DNA of 64,000 nucleotides. It comes from Myxococcota bacterium. GTDB lineage: Bacteria; Myxococcota_A; SURF-8. Every line of letters begins with the position of its first letter. The first letter of the stretch is position 1. Shown one piece after another: positions 19,601 through 28,525 of the stretch. Position numbers and translations under genes: made by a program. The stretch is taken from contig OZ223209.1 of assembly GCA_965140415.1 (NCBI GenBank), positions 2,944,001-3,008,000 of the forward strand. Reading direction: 5' to 3'. The notes under the pieces were generated by a model that was given only the letters and a program-made list of their open reading frames with translations, was not told the origin of the DNA and made no database searches.

Positions 19601-22600
19601 TCCCTGTCCCGGTCCACCCAGCGGTAACGGCGATGCGACCTGTGATGGCGTTTCCTGTGGATTCACCTGCGATAGCTGGTATCACGAGACGGATAGCGAC
19701 TGTGTGTTGAATAACACGGATGACTGCTGCGGCCTGGATTGCGAAAGCTGCCAACAGAGTGTTCCTAACGGCAGTGTGGCTTGCGACGCGAATACGATGA
19801 CCTGTCAAACGACCTGTAACAACGGATTCCATCCCTGCCCGGTGGGTAGCGTGATGGTGTGCTCGAACGATTATTCGACAGAAACTTGCGGGCAACGTTG
19901 CATTCCATGCGAAATCCCGGAGCATTCCGACCCCACCTGTGACGGCAGCCTTTGTGGGTTCGTTTGCGATTCGGGATATCATCGCGAGAACAATGCTTGT
20001 GAGCCGAATACAAGCGTTACCTGCTGCGGTCCCGATTGCCTGATCTGCACCGCTCCTGACAATGCTCAGCCCTATTGCAACGGCTATGCCTGTGAATTCA
20101 CCTGTGATCCTGGATATCATGTGGAGGGTGAAGCGTGCGTCGTCAACGGTCAGACGGATTGCTGCGGTCCGCAATGTGTGAATTGTGGCAACCCGCCGGC
20201 CAACGGCAGCGTGTGGTGCGATGGTTATGTCTGTCAAACGGCTTGTAATGCGGGATATCACGAATGCGACGGATCTTGTGTATCGAACCAGTCCGTCGAA
20301 CACTGCGGTAGCAGTTGTACCGCGTGCAACAATCCTCCAAACAGTGTCGCCAGTTGCGACGGATTCAGTTGCGATTTCGAATGTTTGACCGGATATCATC
20401 GACTAGGGAATTATTGCGTTGCCAATGATTCGGTAGAAAACTGCGGGCCCAATAACGAAGTCTGCACGGCACCGGAAAATGCCGATCCGATTTGTGTGGA
20501 TGCTTCCTATTGCAGTTTCCAATGTCATCCCGGACATCATGCTTGTGGAGATGTCTGCGTTACGAATGACAGCGTGGAGCACTGTGGAACTCGCTGCGAA
20601 TCTTGTCCGACACCGGCCAATTCGATGCCGACCTGCATCAATGGAAACTGCGATTTCGAGTGTTTTGCAGGCTACCACGAGCAGGATGGAAGTTGCTGGC
20701 CCAATGACGATCTCGATTGCTGCGGAGACGACTGTATTTCCTGCCCGACACAGATTACAAATGGAATTGCAACTTGTGTGGATGGCGAATGTGGCTTTAC
20801 CTGCAATAACGGTTATCATGCCTGTTTCGGGATGTGCGTATCCAACCTGGATGTCGATACCTGCGGCGCAAGCTGTTCTGCCTGTCAGCCGCCGGAACAT
20901 GGCATTGCCGGTTGTAACGGCGTTTCTTGTACATTCGAATGTGATTCGGGCTATCGTCGGGAAGGCGACAGTTGCCTGCCTTGCCAATCTGCGGAAGCTT
21001 GCGGCGCATATTGCGTGAATTGCGGAATCGGCCCGGCCAATGGAGAAATGGCCTGTGAATTCAATCAGTTCAACTACTGGGAATGCACCATCGACTGCGA
21101 TCCCGCTCATCACCGTTGCGGAAATGCTTGTGTAAGCGACTATGACCCGGATACCTGCGGCAGCCGTTGCGATCCCTGCCCGGAACCGCAACATTCCGAG
21201 ACCACCTGTGATGGCGGAGTATGCGGTTTCGAATGCCATATCGGTTATCACGCGCAGAACGAAAGCTGTTTGCCGAACAACACGATTTCCTGTTGTGGTG
21301 AAGCTTGTGACGACTGCACGATAGGATTGCCCGGCTTCGCCTATGCGGTTTGTGTGGGAGGCTCCTATTGTGACTGGGAGTGCCAAAGCGGTTACAACCG
21401 TTGCGGCGATCCGCCGGCTTGTACTGCCAATGACGATGTGGCGTACTGTGGAGCCGCTTGTCAAAGCTGTCCTTCTCCCTCAAATGGAGTGGCGACCTGT
21501 ATCGACAGTCAATGTGGCCAGGTTTGCAACACCGGCTATCATTGGGACGCGGTACAGCAAATCTGTCAGATCAATGAAACATCGGATTGTTGCGGGGTTG
21601 ATTGCATCGTTTGCAGTTTGCCATTGAATGCAACAAACGCAGCTTGTGATAATGGCACCTGCACATTTACCTGCAACAACGGATATCATCAAGTTGGCGA
21701 TCACTGCGAACTGAACGATGAAGACGACGTGTGTGGCATGAGTGGTCAGGATTGCACCAGTTATCTGCCTCCATTCGACGAATACGAGCATGCCAACGGT
21801 TATTGCCATACGGAAAACGACAGTTCCTATTGCGACTACAGTTGCGACAGCGGCTATCATCGTTGCCCGGATGGACTGGATGATGGTTGTTTTGCGGATG
21901 ATAGCCTGACTCACTGCGGGTTGGGATGTGCCGTCTGCCCGGATGATCCCGACTTCGGTTCGGTTGCATGCCTAAATGGTGCCTGTGTCATTACCTGTGA
22001 AGAGGATTACCATGTAGAGGGCAGCTCCTGCGTGGAAGATCCTCCCGATCCGAGTTGTTGCGGTGAGGACTGTACCGAGCCGATTTGCGACGTTCCGACC
22101 GGTTTCATGGGTTGGAGTTATTGTGAAGGTGCGGGTGCGGCAGGGCAGTGCGCCTATGTCTGTCACCAGGGATATCATCTGTGCGCGGATGAATCCGCCT
22201 TTGGGCTGGCATGCTTGTCGGATGGCAGCGTAGACAGTTGTGGCGACCTATGTACACCATGTACCGAAGCGCCGCCGAACGGCTATCCGATTTGTGTAGA
22301 TAGCGACTCCTGCGGCTTTGCCTGCGACACCGGTTATCACAAGTACGGTGATTATTGCGAACCCAATACAAGCACCACCTGCTGTGGCGATGCCTGCGAA
22401 GTGTGTACTTCGCCATGGTATGGGACGGCCAGTTGTGTTAACGGGAGCTGTCAGTGGGAATGCGACGATGGCTATCATGCCTGTCCGCCGGGAGAGTGCA
22501 AGAACGATTATTCTATCAACCATTGCGGCGATAGTTGTGAAGTGTGTCCGACACCGGCAAATGGCTATTCCACCTGCGATGGTACCACCTGCGGAGTGGC

Positions 22601-24374
22601 CTGCTTCCCCGGATATCACATCTACAACGACCAGTGTGTTCCCAATACATCGAACGATTGTTGTGGCGCTTCCTGCGTTACCTGTACCGGCCCGGAAAAC
22701 AGCAGCGCGTTCTGCACGGCGCAGGGAACCTGCGATTACACCTGCGATAATGGCTACCATGAATGCGGTGCGTCTTGTTTGCCCAACGATGATCCGAATT
22801 CCTGCGGTCAGAATTGTACTCCCTGTCCACAACCGCCCCAAACGGAACCACTTTGTGTGAATAGTCTGTGCGATTGGGAATGCATCGACAGTTGGAGTGA
22901 CCGAGACGGTATCGAGTCTAACGGTTGCGAAGTGTATTGCTCCCCACAGGCGGGAGAAGATCTTCCGGACGACGATTTCTTGGATACCGATTGTGACGGT
23001 ATCGATGGTCAGCGCGACCGCGCCATCTTCGTTGCGATAGACGGAAACGACGGCAACGATGGTAGCTTGGAAAATCCGAAAAGAAACATCCAATCCGGAA
23101 TTAACGCGGCATATTTAGCCAGTCCTAAAAAGTACGTAATCGTAAGTGACGGTTATTACTATGAAACCATTCAGTTTAAGAATGGTGTGAGTGTCTACGG
23201 CGGTTACAGTCGATCCAACCACTGGATGCGCAGCGATGATTACGAATCCATGCTGATTTCTCCCATGCCGGTTGGTGCTTATGCAGAGGACATCACGTCG
23301 AGCACGATCATTGATCGAATGATCATTCAAGCCGGTGAAAGTGACGAAAACTCCTATTTCGGTAGCAGCATCGGTGTGTATTTATTGAACAGCACGGATG
23401 AACTCACGTTTAGCAACTGTTCCATTTACGCATCGGAAGGACATGATGGAGAAACCGGTATCGGTGGCATCGTCGGCGCGGATGGCTTGAACGGCACCAA
23501 TGCCAGCGGTCCCAATCCGGGTTCGGGAGGTCATGGTTATTGCGGCGATGACAGCAAAGGTGGAAGTGGCGGTGCTGGCGGCATCGGGCATCAATCCGGT
23601 GGAACCGGCGAAAATGCCTGTCTGAGTGGTGGTGCGAGCGGAGGCAATCGCGGTTCTGCGGATTGCTTCCTGTGGTTCTGCGATTGCTGTGAGAACGTAG
23701 GTTCTGGCCAGACCGGTGGAGCTGGTGACAGCAGCGGCAACGGTTCGGATGGAACAAACGCGGATTCTTCTTCGGTTGGAGAGATCGAATGGGATACCGC
23801 TAGCGGATTGATGTTGTGGCGTGGCGACGATGGTGGTGCAGGATCGGCCGGTGTGGATGGCGTGCCCGGCTGTGGCGGCGGCGGCGGCGGCGGATGCCAG
23901 TCCTCCGATTTCCTTGGCTTCGATACCTGTGATACGGAAAACGGCGGAGGCGGTGGCGGCGGCGGCGGCGCCGGTTGCGGAGGCAGCGCAGGAAGTGGCG
24001 GAAAAGCCGGTGGCGCATCGATTGGTATTTTCTCGTACAATTCCAACTCCGTTTTCGATCAATGTCTGGTGAGGGCTTTTGATGGTGGAAACGGTGGTGA
24101 TGGCGGACGTGGCGCAGCCGGTGGAACGGGTGGTCGCGGCGGCAGCGGTGGCACGGGCAGCGGATCGGCTGGCGATGGCGGCAGCGGTGGTCGCGGCGGC
24201 AGCGGTGGATACGGAGGAACCGGTGGCGGTGGAGCCGGCGGCGTGTCGTATTCGCTGATGGCTACGGGCAGCGGTCAACCCTATGTGGCCACCTGTATTT
24301 TGAATTATGGTTATGGCGGAGTCTATGGAAACAGCAACGGCTTGATCCAGGCGGATTCCGGCATGGTCTGGTAG
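16608..24374 (+). CDS. Giant surface lipoprotein, paralog of the upstream gene, with about 25 Cys-rich repeats
   Basis: Lipobox LIAC; same domain order (six Ig-like domains, EICDDKDNDCNG, Cys repeats, DTDCDGIDG, IFVA..GND.NDGS..NP..IQSGI, Gly-rich tail). Confidence 0.82.
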   Translation: MKPNPVKKSLQSLIYVLILVSLFVLIACSSDSPGASDGDSTDGDSDSDAPVGCSDDSDCRKSEVCLSGACVSWQDNSCLDRNGECVSDSDCSGDNICNDDCVCVNPFIADEDKENPSTDGDTDDPVTDGDVENSTDDPNISVPAEIDFGAVIIFHEITEGLRITNTGGSALIITAIELENTNDEEFSLVTPPTSSVTLQPGDILDQFITYSPIDAGVDETNVLITSNDPDSPLSRVRLISQYKGEATVHIDPESVEFGNVQVMGVEETIAVTIENVPQNVDDNMLLHLWDLQLQNPNDPNISIPVEVQNQEYWLAPNQQLTVLVSFHPRLAGSFSNTLLIPNSDQEAQVEIHGTGAIADLNAYPLDNGGIDFGQVRVSHSEDHVLTLQNNGGSPLTITQVYLADTTDSTFLLDDNGINLSGAVLEPEGSTTITLTYSPVAREVNVGRLKIESDSYDNPVLTIPLEGEGIVSLLVADPEELEFGNVLLYEESSLNVTLTNDGDAAIQIQAAAFETGNPDFTFGAGGEALVGTSLGPGDYFVLPIVYSPQVEELDESYLTITTDDPDSPEFTLNLSGRGVAPHLLITMPGYPSFRDTIDFEQVNLDDQRQMVLRLTNVGDWPLAINDASLIDNTDDDEFSFELESYADIEPSSHIDVTFTYAPTGFPDTNDNGQWRVQTNEFVDNSHIVNLQGEAIQPRITVFPSPLQFDDTLTNSTVTERVTILNTGLLGVLNVSGIQIQPGSDPVFGIANVDEVLPVDIIEGGSLSFDVSFRPFDLHDYTGAVVIESQETHEVIYTLQVLGSGIGCPADYWDNDNNPENGCEYHCVLSEDGIEICDDKDNDCNGETDDGYTVTQNCDPHSFASVRCLGGECLYTCFEDFHECNEECVYSGSIDHCGTLCTSCPQPENSSARCIEGGLGFECDFVCATGYGEANGQCLPSGDINSCGDEHVDCNTVTPSHGIPLCVDGECTFTCESGWHRCEDECVANNSVEHCGTLCDPCPGPPSGNGDATCDGVSCGFTCDSWYHETDSDCVLNNTDDCCGLDCESCQQSVPNGSVACDANTMTCQTTCNNGFHPCPVGSVMVCSNDYSTETCGQRCIPCEIPEHSDPTCDGSLCGFVCDSGYHRENNACEPNTSVTCCGPDCLICTAPDNAQPYCNGYACEFTCDPGYHVEGEACVVNGQTDCCGPQCVNCGNPPANGSVWCDGYVCQTACNAGYHECDGSCVSNQSVEHCGSSCTACNNPPNSVASCDGFSCDFECLTGYHRLGNYCVANDSVENCGPNNEVCTAPENADPICVDASYCSFQCHPGHHACGDVCVTNDSVEHCGTRCESCPTPANSMPTCINGNCDFECFAGYHEQDGSCWPNDDLDCCGDDCISCPTQITNGIATCVDGECGFTCNNGYHACFGMCVSNLDVDTCGASCSACQPPEHGIAGCNGVSCTFECDSGYRREGDSCLPCQSAEACGAYCVNCGIGPANGEMACEFNQFNYWECTIDCDPAHHRCGNACVSDYDPDTCGSRCDPCPEPQHSETTCDGGVCGFECHIGYHAQNESCLPNNTISCCGEACDDCTIGLPGFAYAVCVGGSYCDWECQSGYNRCGDPPACTANDDVAYCGAACQSCPSPSNGVATCIDSQCGQVCNTGYHWDAVQQICQINETSDCCGVDCIVCSLPLNATNAACDNGTCTFTCNNGYHQVGDHCELNDEDDVCGMSGQDCTSYLPPFDEYEHANGYCHTENDSSYCDYSCDSGYHRCPDGLDDGCFADDSLTHCGLGCAVCPDDPDFGSVACLNGACVITCEEDYHVEGSSCVEDPPDPSCCGEDCTEPICDVPTGFMGWSYCEGAGAAGQCAYVCHQGYHLCADESAFGLACLSDGSVDSCGDLCTPCTEAPPNGYPICVDSDSCGFACDTGYHKYGDYCEPNTSTTCCGDACEVCTSPWYGTASCVNGSCQWECDDGYHACPPGECKNDYSINHCGDSCEVCPTPANGYSTCDGTTCGVACFPGYHIYNDQCVPNTSNDCCGASCVTCTGPENSSAFCTAQGTCDYTCDNGYHECGASCLPNDDPNSCGQNCTPCPQPPQTEPLCVNSLCDWECIDSWSDRDGIESNGCEVYCSPQAGEDLPDDDFLDTDCDGIDGQRDRAIFVAIDGNDGNDGSLENPKRNIQSGINAAYLASPKKYVIVSDGYYYETIQFKNGVSVYGGYSRSNHWMRSDDYESMLISPMPVGAYAEDITSSTIIDRMIIQAGESDENSYFGSSIGVYLLNSTDELTFSNCSIYASEGHDGETGIGGIVGADGLNGTNASGPNPGSGGHGYCGDDSKGGSGGAGGIGHQSGGTGENACLSGGASGGNRGSADCFLWFCDCCENVGSGQTGGAGDSSGNGSDGTNADSSSVGEIEWDTASGLMLWRGDDGGAGSAGVDGVPGCGGGGGGGCQSSDFLGFDTCDTENGGGGGGGGGAGCGGSAGSGGKAGGASIGIFSYNSNSVFDQCLVRAFDGGNGGDGGRGAAGGTGGRGGSGGTGSGSAGDGGSGGRGGSGGYGGTGGGGAGGVSYSLMATGSGQPYVATCILNYGYGGVYGNSNGLIQADSGMVW
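19230..22883 (+). repeat. Tandem array of about 25 Cys-rich ~45-50 aa protein repeats
   Basis: Units of the form C..GYH.....C..N....(H/C)CG..C..C..P.......C....C.F.C, counted by eye. Confidence 0.85.
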
Positions 24375-24389
24375 AAGAAAAGCAGACTG

Positions 24390-24809
24390 ATGCAAAAAGA
24401 TAAGGCAATCTTGTTTTTGTGTACGGGCAATTCCTGTCGGAGCCAGATGGCGGAGGGGTTAGCGAGAGCAATGGCTCCGGCAGGAACGCAAATCTATTCC
24501 GCCGGAGTCGCACCGGAAAGCGTCAATCCCTATGCCATTGAAGTCATGCAGGAAATCGGTATTGATATTTCAGAACACGTTTCCAAATCGCCGGATGATG
24601 TCCCCCTGCATGAAGTCGATTGTTTGATCAGCCTATGCGATCACGCAAAGCAGTCTTGCCCGAGCCTGCCGGGCAAGTGGAAACACATCCACTGGAGCGT
24701 AGAAGATCCGGCTCTGGTAAAGGGCGATCCCGACTGGGTGCGAGATTTCTATCGAAAAACGAGGGATGAACTAAAACAGCGGATTGAGGACTATTTTTCG
24801 GAAAACTGA
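24390..24809 (+). CDS. arsC: Thioredoxin-type arsenate reductase (LMW-PTP fold)
   Basis: P-loop CTGNSCRSQMAE, distal CDHAKQSC cysteine pair, EDP motif. Confidence 0.85.
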   Translation: MQKDKAILFLCTGNSCRSQMAEGLARAMAPAGTQIYSAGVAPESVNPYAIEVMQEIGIDISEHVSKSPDDVPLHEVDCLISLCDHAKQSCPSLPGKWKHIHWSVEDPALVKGDPDWVRDFYRKTRDELKQRIEDYFSEN

Positions 24810-24851
24810 TCGGCTGCTTTAAAAAGCAGAAAATCACCTAAAGCATTGTTT

Positions 24852-25328
24852 TTATAACTTGTTCGAGCTGAAACGCCAGAAGAAGCGGCGGTCATTGGCG
24901 AATACATTGATATTTGCATATCCGGTGTTTACTCCTAATAACCCTTTTTCCCCGTTGACATGCAGCTTGTAAACCCCTTCGATTGTTGGAGTGAAAGTAA
25001 AGTAGCGCGCACCATGATGCTTGAAGGCCTCATCCTTTTTGAAAACGACCTGGCCGTTAGGATCAAGCAATTCGATTTCCAATTCTACAGGATGCTTCTT
25101 GGAACCGGACCGGATTTCAACCAGTAATTTTCCGGGAAGCTCGTTCATTTCAATCGACATCGGTTCCGTATTTCCAGAGAAGGAAATCGAACCGTTGGCA
25201 ACGAGATCTCCTTTTAAAAGGAAGAATTCTGCGGCGAAAATCGCGATGGCGATTGCACCAAGTATAACGCCACCGACTGTTAGCGTGTTTTGATTTTGCC
25301 GAGAACCGATATTGATTTCAAATCCCAT
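24852..25328 (-). CDS. Hypothetical protein with an N-terminal TM helix and a beta-rich domain
   Basis: GGAGG RBS; hydrophobic segment; LLDPNGQ and GVYKL suggest an Ig/GOLD-like sandwich. Confidence 0.6.
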   Translation of the reverse strand: MGFEINIGSRQNQNTLTVGGVILGAIAIAIFAAEFFLLKGDLVANGSISFSGNTEPMSIEMNELPGKLLVEIRSGSKKHPVELEIELLDPNGQVVFKKDEAFKHHGARYFTFTPTIEGVYKLHVNGEKGLLGVNTGYANINVFANDRRFFWRFSSNKL

Positions 25329-25488
25329 GCGTTCCTCCCGATATCCGTTTTTTTTACGTTACTTAATGTACCGTAAATGATGAATATTAACAAGCACCAC
25401 GGTTGCTTTGCAATTCCCTTGCACTTTTTCATGGTCTGGCTAGGATTAGAGATCGTTTTTGTAATGTGGCGCAAGAAAGGCCGGAGAC

Positions 25489-26358
25489 GTGAGCGACGAA
25501 GCGCATAGCGATACCTCAACCAGCACAGGTGGAGAGACGAACGCCGTACCGAATTCCCCATCCACAACGGGATTGGTGCGCGTTCGACAATTGTTGACGC
25601 GCACTGCGTTGTTGATTTTCGTGGTGTTTATGCTGCTCTGGGCTGTTCGTGACGATCTGCTTGCCCTGGTTCGCTGGCCATTAATGCGTGTGATGCCGGA
25701 TGATGGCTCGGGCACCATTCTGCTGCGTGTTATCGATATGTTCATGATTCACCTGAAACTCTGTTTTTTTGCGTCCTTGCTCGTCGTAATTCCGATAATT
25801 ACCGTACGAGTATGGTTATTAATCCGGCCTCGATTCAAAACCGGTGCTCCAGGGCTAATCGATATGGCGCCAGTGGCGCTTGTGCTTCTATTCTTTACGG
25901 GAGTTGCTTTTACCTATCTGGTTGTTCTGCCTCTGGGTTTTCAATTCTTGGTTGCGTATAGTGTCGATGGCGGTGGGATATTGTTCCCCACTCAATCGCA
26001 GGGCATGGATGTGTTGCAGGTGTCGATGCGGGAGCATGTGACCTTGACCATGAAATTGCTGATCGCGTTCGGACTGGCTTTCGAAGCGCCTTTGGTGATG
26101 GCGCTATCGGCGCGCTTGGGAGTCATTCGCCCGGAAGTGTTCGCAAAAAATCGTGCGATTGCTCTGGTGGTACTGGCAATTGCCTCATCCATTTTGACTC
26201 CGCCAGATCCATGGACCATGATGCTGTTATTGGGACCATTGTTTTTGTTGTATGAATTCGGGATTATGATTGCCCGTATGGTTGCCCCGAAACCACAACA
26301 CGACTCAGAAGAGGCAGAGAAGGAAGAAAAGCCGGAAAGTCACCAGGGCAGCGAATAA
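25489..26358 (+). CDS. tatC: Twin-arginine translocase subunit TatC
   Basis: Multi-TM protein with FGLAFEAP, ILTPPDPWTM, LLYEFG. Confidence 0.9.
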   Translation: MSDEAHSDTSTSTGGETNAVPNSPSTTGLVRVRQLLTRTALLIFVVFMLLWAVRDDLLALVRWPLMRVMPDDGSGTILLRVIDMFMIHLKLCFFASLLVVIPIITVRVWLLIRPRFKTGAPGLIDMAPVALVLLFFTGVAFTYLVVLPLGFQFLVAYSVDGGGILFPTQSQGMDVLQVSMREHVTLTMKLLIAFGLAFEAPLVMALSARLGVIRPEVFAKNRAIALVVLAIASSILTPPDPWTMMLLLGPLFLLYEFGIMIARMVAPKPQHDSEEAEKEEKPESHQGSE

Positions 26359-26391
26359 GTTGTCTATGCAAAGTATAGGAAAATCAAGTAG

Positions 26392-27006
26392 ATGATACTG
26401 GCGTTTATCCATCAAAAAGGGGGAACCGGAAAAAGCACGCTGGCCATTGCCAGCGCCATGTGGTTGGCCAGGCGTGGACGCACCGTCATCGTGTTGGATA
26501 TCGACAGGCAGTTGACTTCGGATACCTGGGGTAGAAAACATGGTAAGAAGCATGGAGTAAGCGTGCGTGCCCAGGTGGAAAGGCAGGTTTCCGAAGCGAT
26601 CGAAGAATTGACGGATTTGTACGATGATATTCTGTTGGATCTGCCCCCGACCGTGACGCCCCATACCGAGCAGGCCATTGAAGCCGCAGATTTGCTCGTT
26701 ATTCCAATGAGACCGACCCAACCGGATTTATGGGCGCTGGATCGATTGATTGCCTTGGTGATGCTTTCGAATCGGCAACCGCCGCCGCCATATCGGGTGG
26801 TCTTTTCTCAATGTGGACCGGAAGACCAGACTGAAGCTTGCAAAACGCTTGCTTTACGCCGTATCGAGCCATTGGAAGATACCATTCCATACAGTCGGGA
26901 GTGGCAGTCGATTTTCAGCGGTGAAGGTTTGACCGAGGACATGGACAAGATTATCGGGTCCATCTTGAATGCCTTGCCATTGCCGGACAAATTACAAGAA
27001 AACTGA
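26392..27006 (+). CDS. ParA/MinD-family ATPase (short, ParF-like)
   Basis: Deviant Walker A KGGTGKST, DIDRQ, LDLPP, ADLLVIP. Confidence 0.85.
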   Translation: MILAFIHQKGGTGKSTLAIASAMWLARRGRTVIVLDIDRQLTSDTWGRKHGKKHGVSVRAQVERQVSEAIEELTDLYDDILLDLPPTVTPHTEQAIEAADLLVIPMRPTQPDLWALDRLIALVMLSNRQPPPPYRVVFSQCGPEDQTEACKTLALRRIEPLEDTIPYSREWQSIFSGEGLTEDMDKIIGSILNALPLPDKLQEN

Positions 27007-27018
27007 GCAAATTGTTTC

Positions 27019-27711
27019 CTAGTGGTAACTTGCGTTGATTAATGCCATTAACACATTGCTCATGCCATGGTATAGAATCGGTGCTATCAACGAATTACGC
27101 TTGGCGCGCATCCAGCAGAACAACAGTGAGGGGAAAAAAACGGCCAGCCGGAAGGGCAGGGGAATACTGGCTAAATGTCCCAATGCAAAAAGAGCGGATG
27201 TGATAAAAAGCGCCTTGCCGAAATCTCCCCCAAGAATTTTAAAGGCAGCAGGCCAGCGGCGCGTGAAAACGGTTTGCATCCAGCCTCGATAGAAGAACTC
27301 CTCCGGCAGTGCAATAAACAGCGTTTGCTCCAGCCAGATCATGGCAAGATGCTTTTCCGGCAATGCGAATGAAAGCGAGCGATGATAGACCATTGTTTGC
27401 CAGAAATGATTTCCCAGTAAAAACAAGGGATAAGTTAACAGCATCCAGAAAGCGGCAAAGCCGATTTCCTTGTGCCAGTTTTTTAAATGAATGCCGTAGG
27501 CAGAAAGCGGTTGGCCATGTTTTTCACTGCGAATGACCGGCAAATACACCATGGCGGCCAGAACGAGAGAATAAGCGTATTCACGAAGAGGACCGGGAAG
27601 CAGATGCGCGGTAATCGCCACGGACAGGAAAATGCCGATATAACCAAGAAGAACTTCCTTGAATTCCGTATATTTGGGTTTTGTGATTTGTTCCGTTGCT
27701 TCAGTCTTCAC
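27019..27711 (-). CDS. CPBP/CAAX glutamic intramembrane protease, myxosortase MrtC-like
   Basis: PEEFFYRG, FALGH, YHGMSN catalytic motifs; RLAVFFPSLLF segment resembles MrtC-type proteins as recalled. Confidence 0.75.
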   Translation of the reverse strand: MKTEATEQITKPKYTEFKEVLLGYIGIFLSVAITAHLLPGPLREYAYSLVLAAMVYLPVIRSEKHGQPLSAYGIHLKNWHKEIGFAAFWMLLTYPLFLLGNHFWQTMVYHRSLSFALPEKHLAMIWLEQTLFIALPEEFFYRGWMQTVFTRRWPAAFKILGGDFGKALFITSALFALGHLASIPLPFRLAVFFPSLLFCWMRAKRNSLIAPILYHGMSNVLMALINASYH

Positions 27712-28525
27712 CTAGTACCTCATTCAAGCTTCCGGTTCGATATCCTTTCAGATCCAGGGTAATATACTTAAATCCGGCGTTTTCTCCAACTTCAATGACT
27801 TTTTCACGCAGCGACGATCGCAGGAAACGGTCCAATTCTTCCGATGAGGTTTCAATGCGCAGCACCGGATCGTGAAAACGAGCGCGAACCTGATTGAAGC
27901 CAAGTTCGTGAAGAGCGTGCTCGACCTGTTCGATGCGGGAAAGTCGTTCTGCGCTGACTTCAATTCCGTATGGAATTCTACTGGCGAGACATGCTGCGGC
28001 AGGCTTATCCCAGGTGACGAGGTTCATCTGCTTGGACAATTGCCGGATATCGGCTTTGGTCAGTCCGGCTTCTTGCAATGGATGACGGACACCGGCTTCC
28101 TGCGCTGCTCGGCTGCCCGGGCGATAATCGCTCAAGTCATCGACATTCAAGCCGTCGGCGATCCATTCCAAGCTGTGGGAGTCCGCCACCTGGCGGCATT
28201 GCTGAAAGAGAATCGTTTTGCAATGATAGCAGCGGTTGCGGTCGTTATTGCGATAGGCGGCGTTTTCCAGTTCCTGCGTAGGTGTTTCGATAAGGGGAAC
28301 GTTCAGGTTTCCGGCAAACTGAATGGCGCTTTCCCGTTCGGTTTGAGGCAGGGAAGCGGATACTCCTAGAAACAAGGCCGTTTTCCGGCCTAAAGCTTCC
28401 GCTGCTAACGCGGCAAGCAAACTGCTGTCCGTACCTCCTGAAAAAGCGATGAGCACCGAACCCATTTCTTTCAGGATGTCGATAACCTTTTGTTTCTTTT
28501 CTTCGATTATCGTTGCAGTTTGCAT
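27701..28525 (-). CDS. larE: ATP-dependent sulfur transferase LarE
   Basis: PP-loop SGGTDS, RCYHCK, DDLSDYRPG, WDKPAAACLASRIPYG, GYRTGSLN. Confidence 0.92.
   Translation of the reverse strand: MQTATIIEEKKQKVIDILKEMGSVLIAFSGGTDSSLLAALAAEALGRKTALFLGVSASLPQTERESAIQFAGNLNVPLIETPTQELENAAYRNNDRNRCYHCKTILFQQCRQVADSHSLEWIADGLNVDDLSDYRPGSRAAQEAGVRHPLQEAGLTKADIRQLSKQMNLVTWDKPAAACLASRIPYGIEVSAERLSRIEQVEHALHELGFNQVRARFHDPVLRIETSSEELDRFLRSSLREKVIEVGENAGFKYITLDLKGYRTGSLNEVLGED

Noticed and set aside
13620-24395. Many long antisense or alternative-frame ORFs (for example 20403..21464, 23382..24395)
   Set aside because: Shadows of Cys/Gly-biased giant genes with no family motifs.
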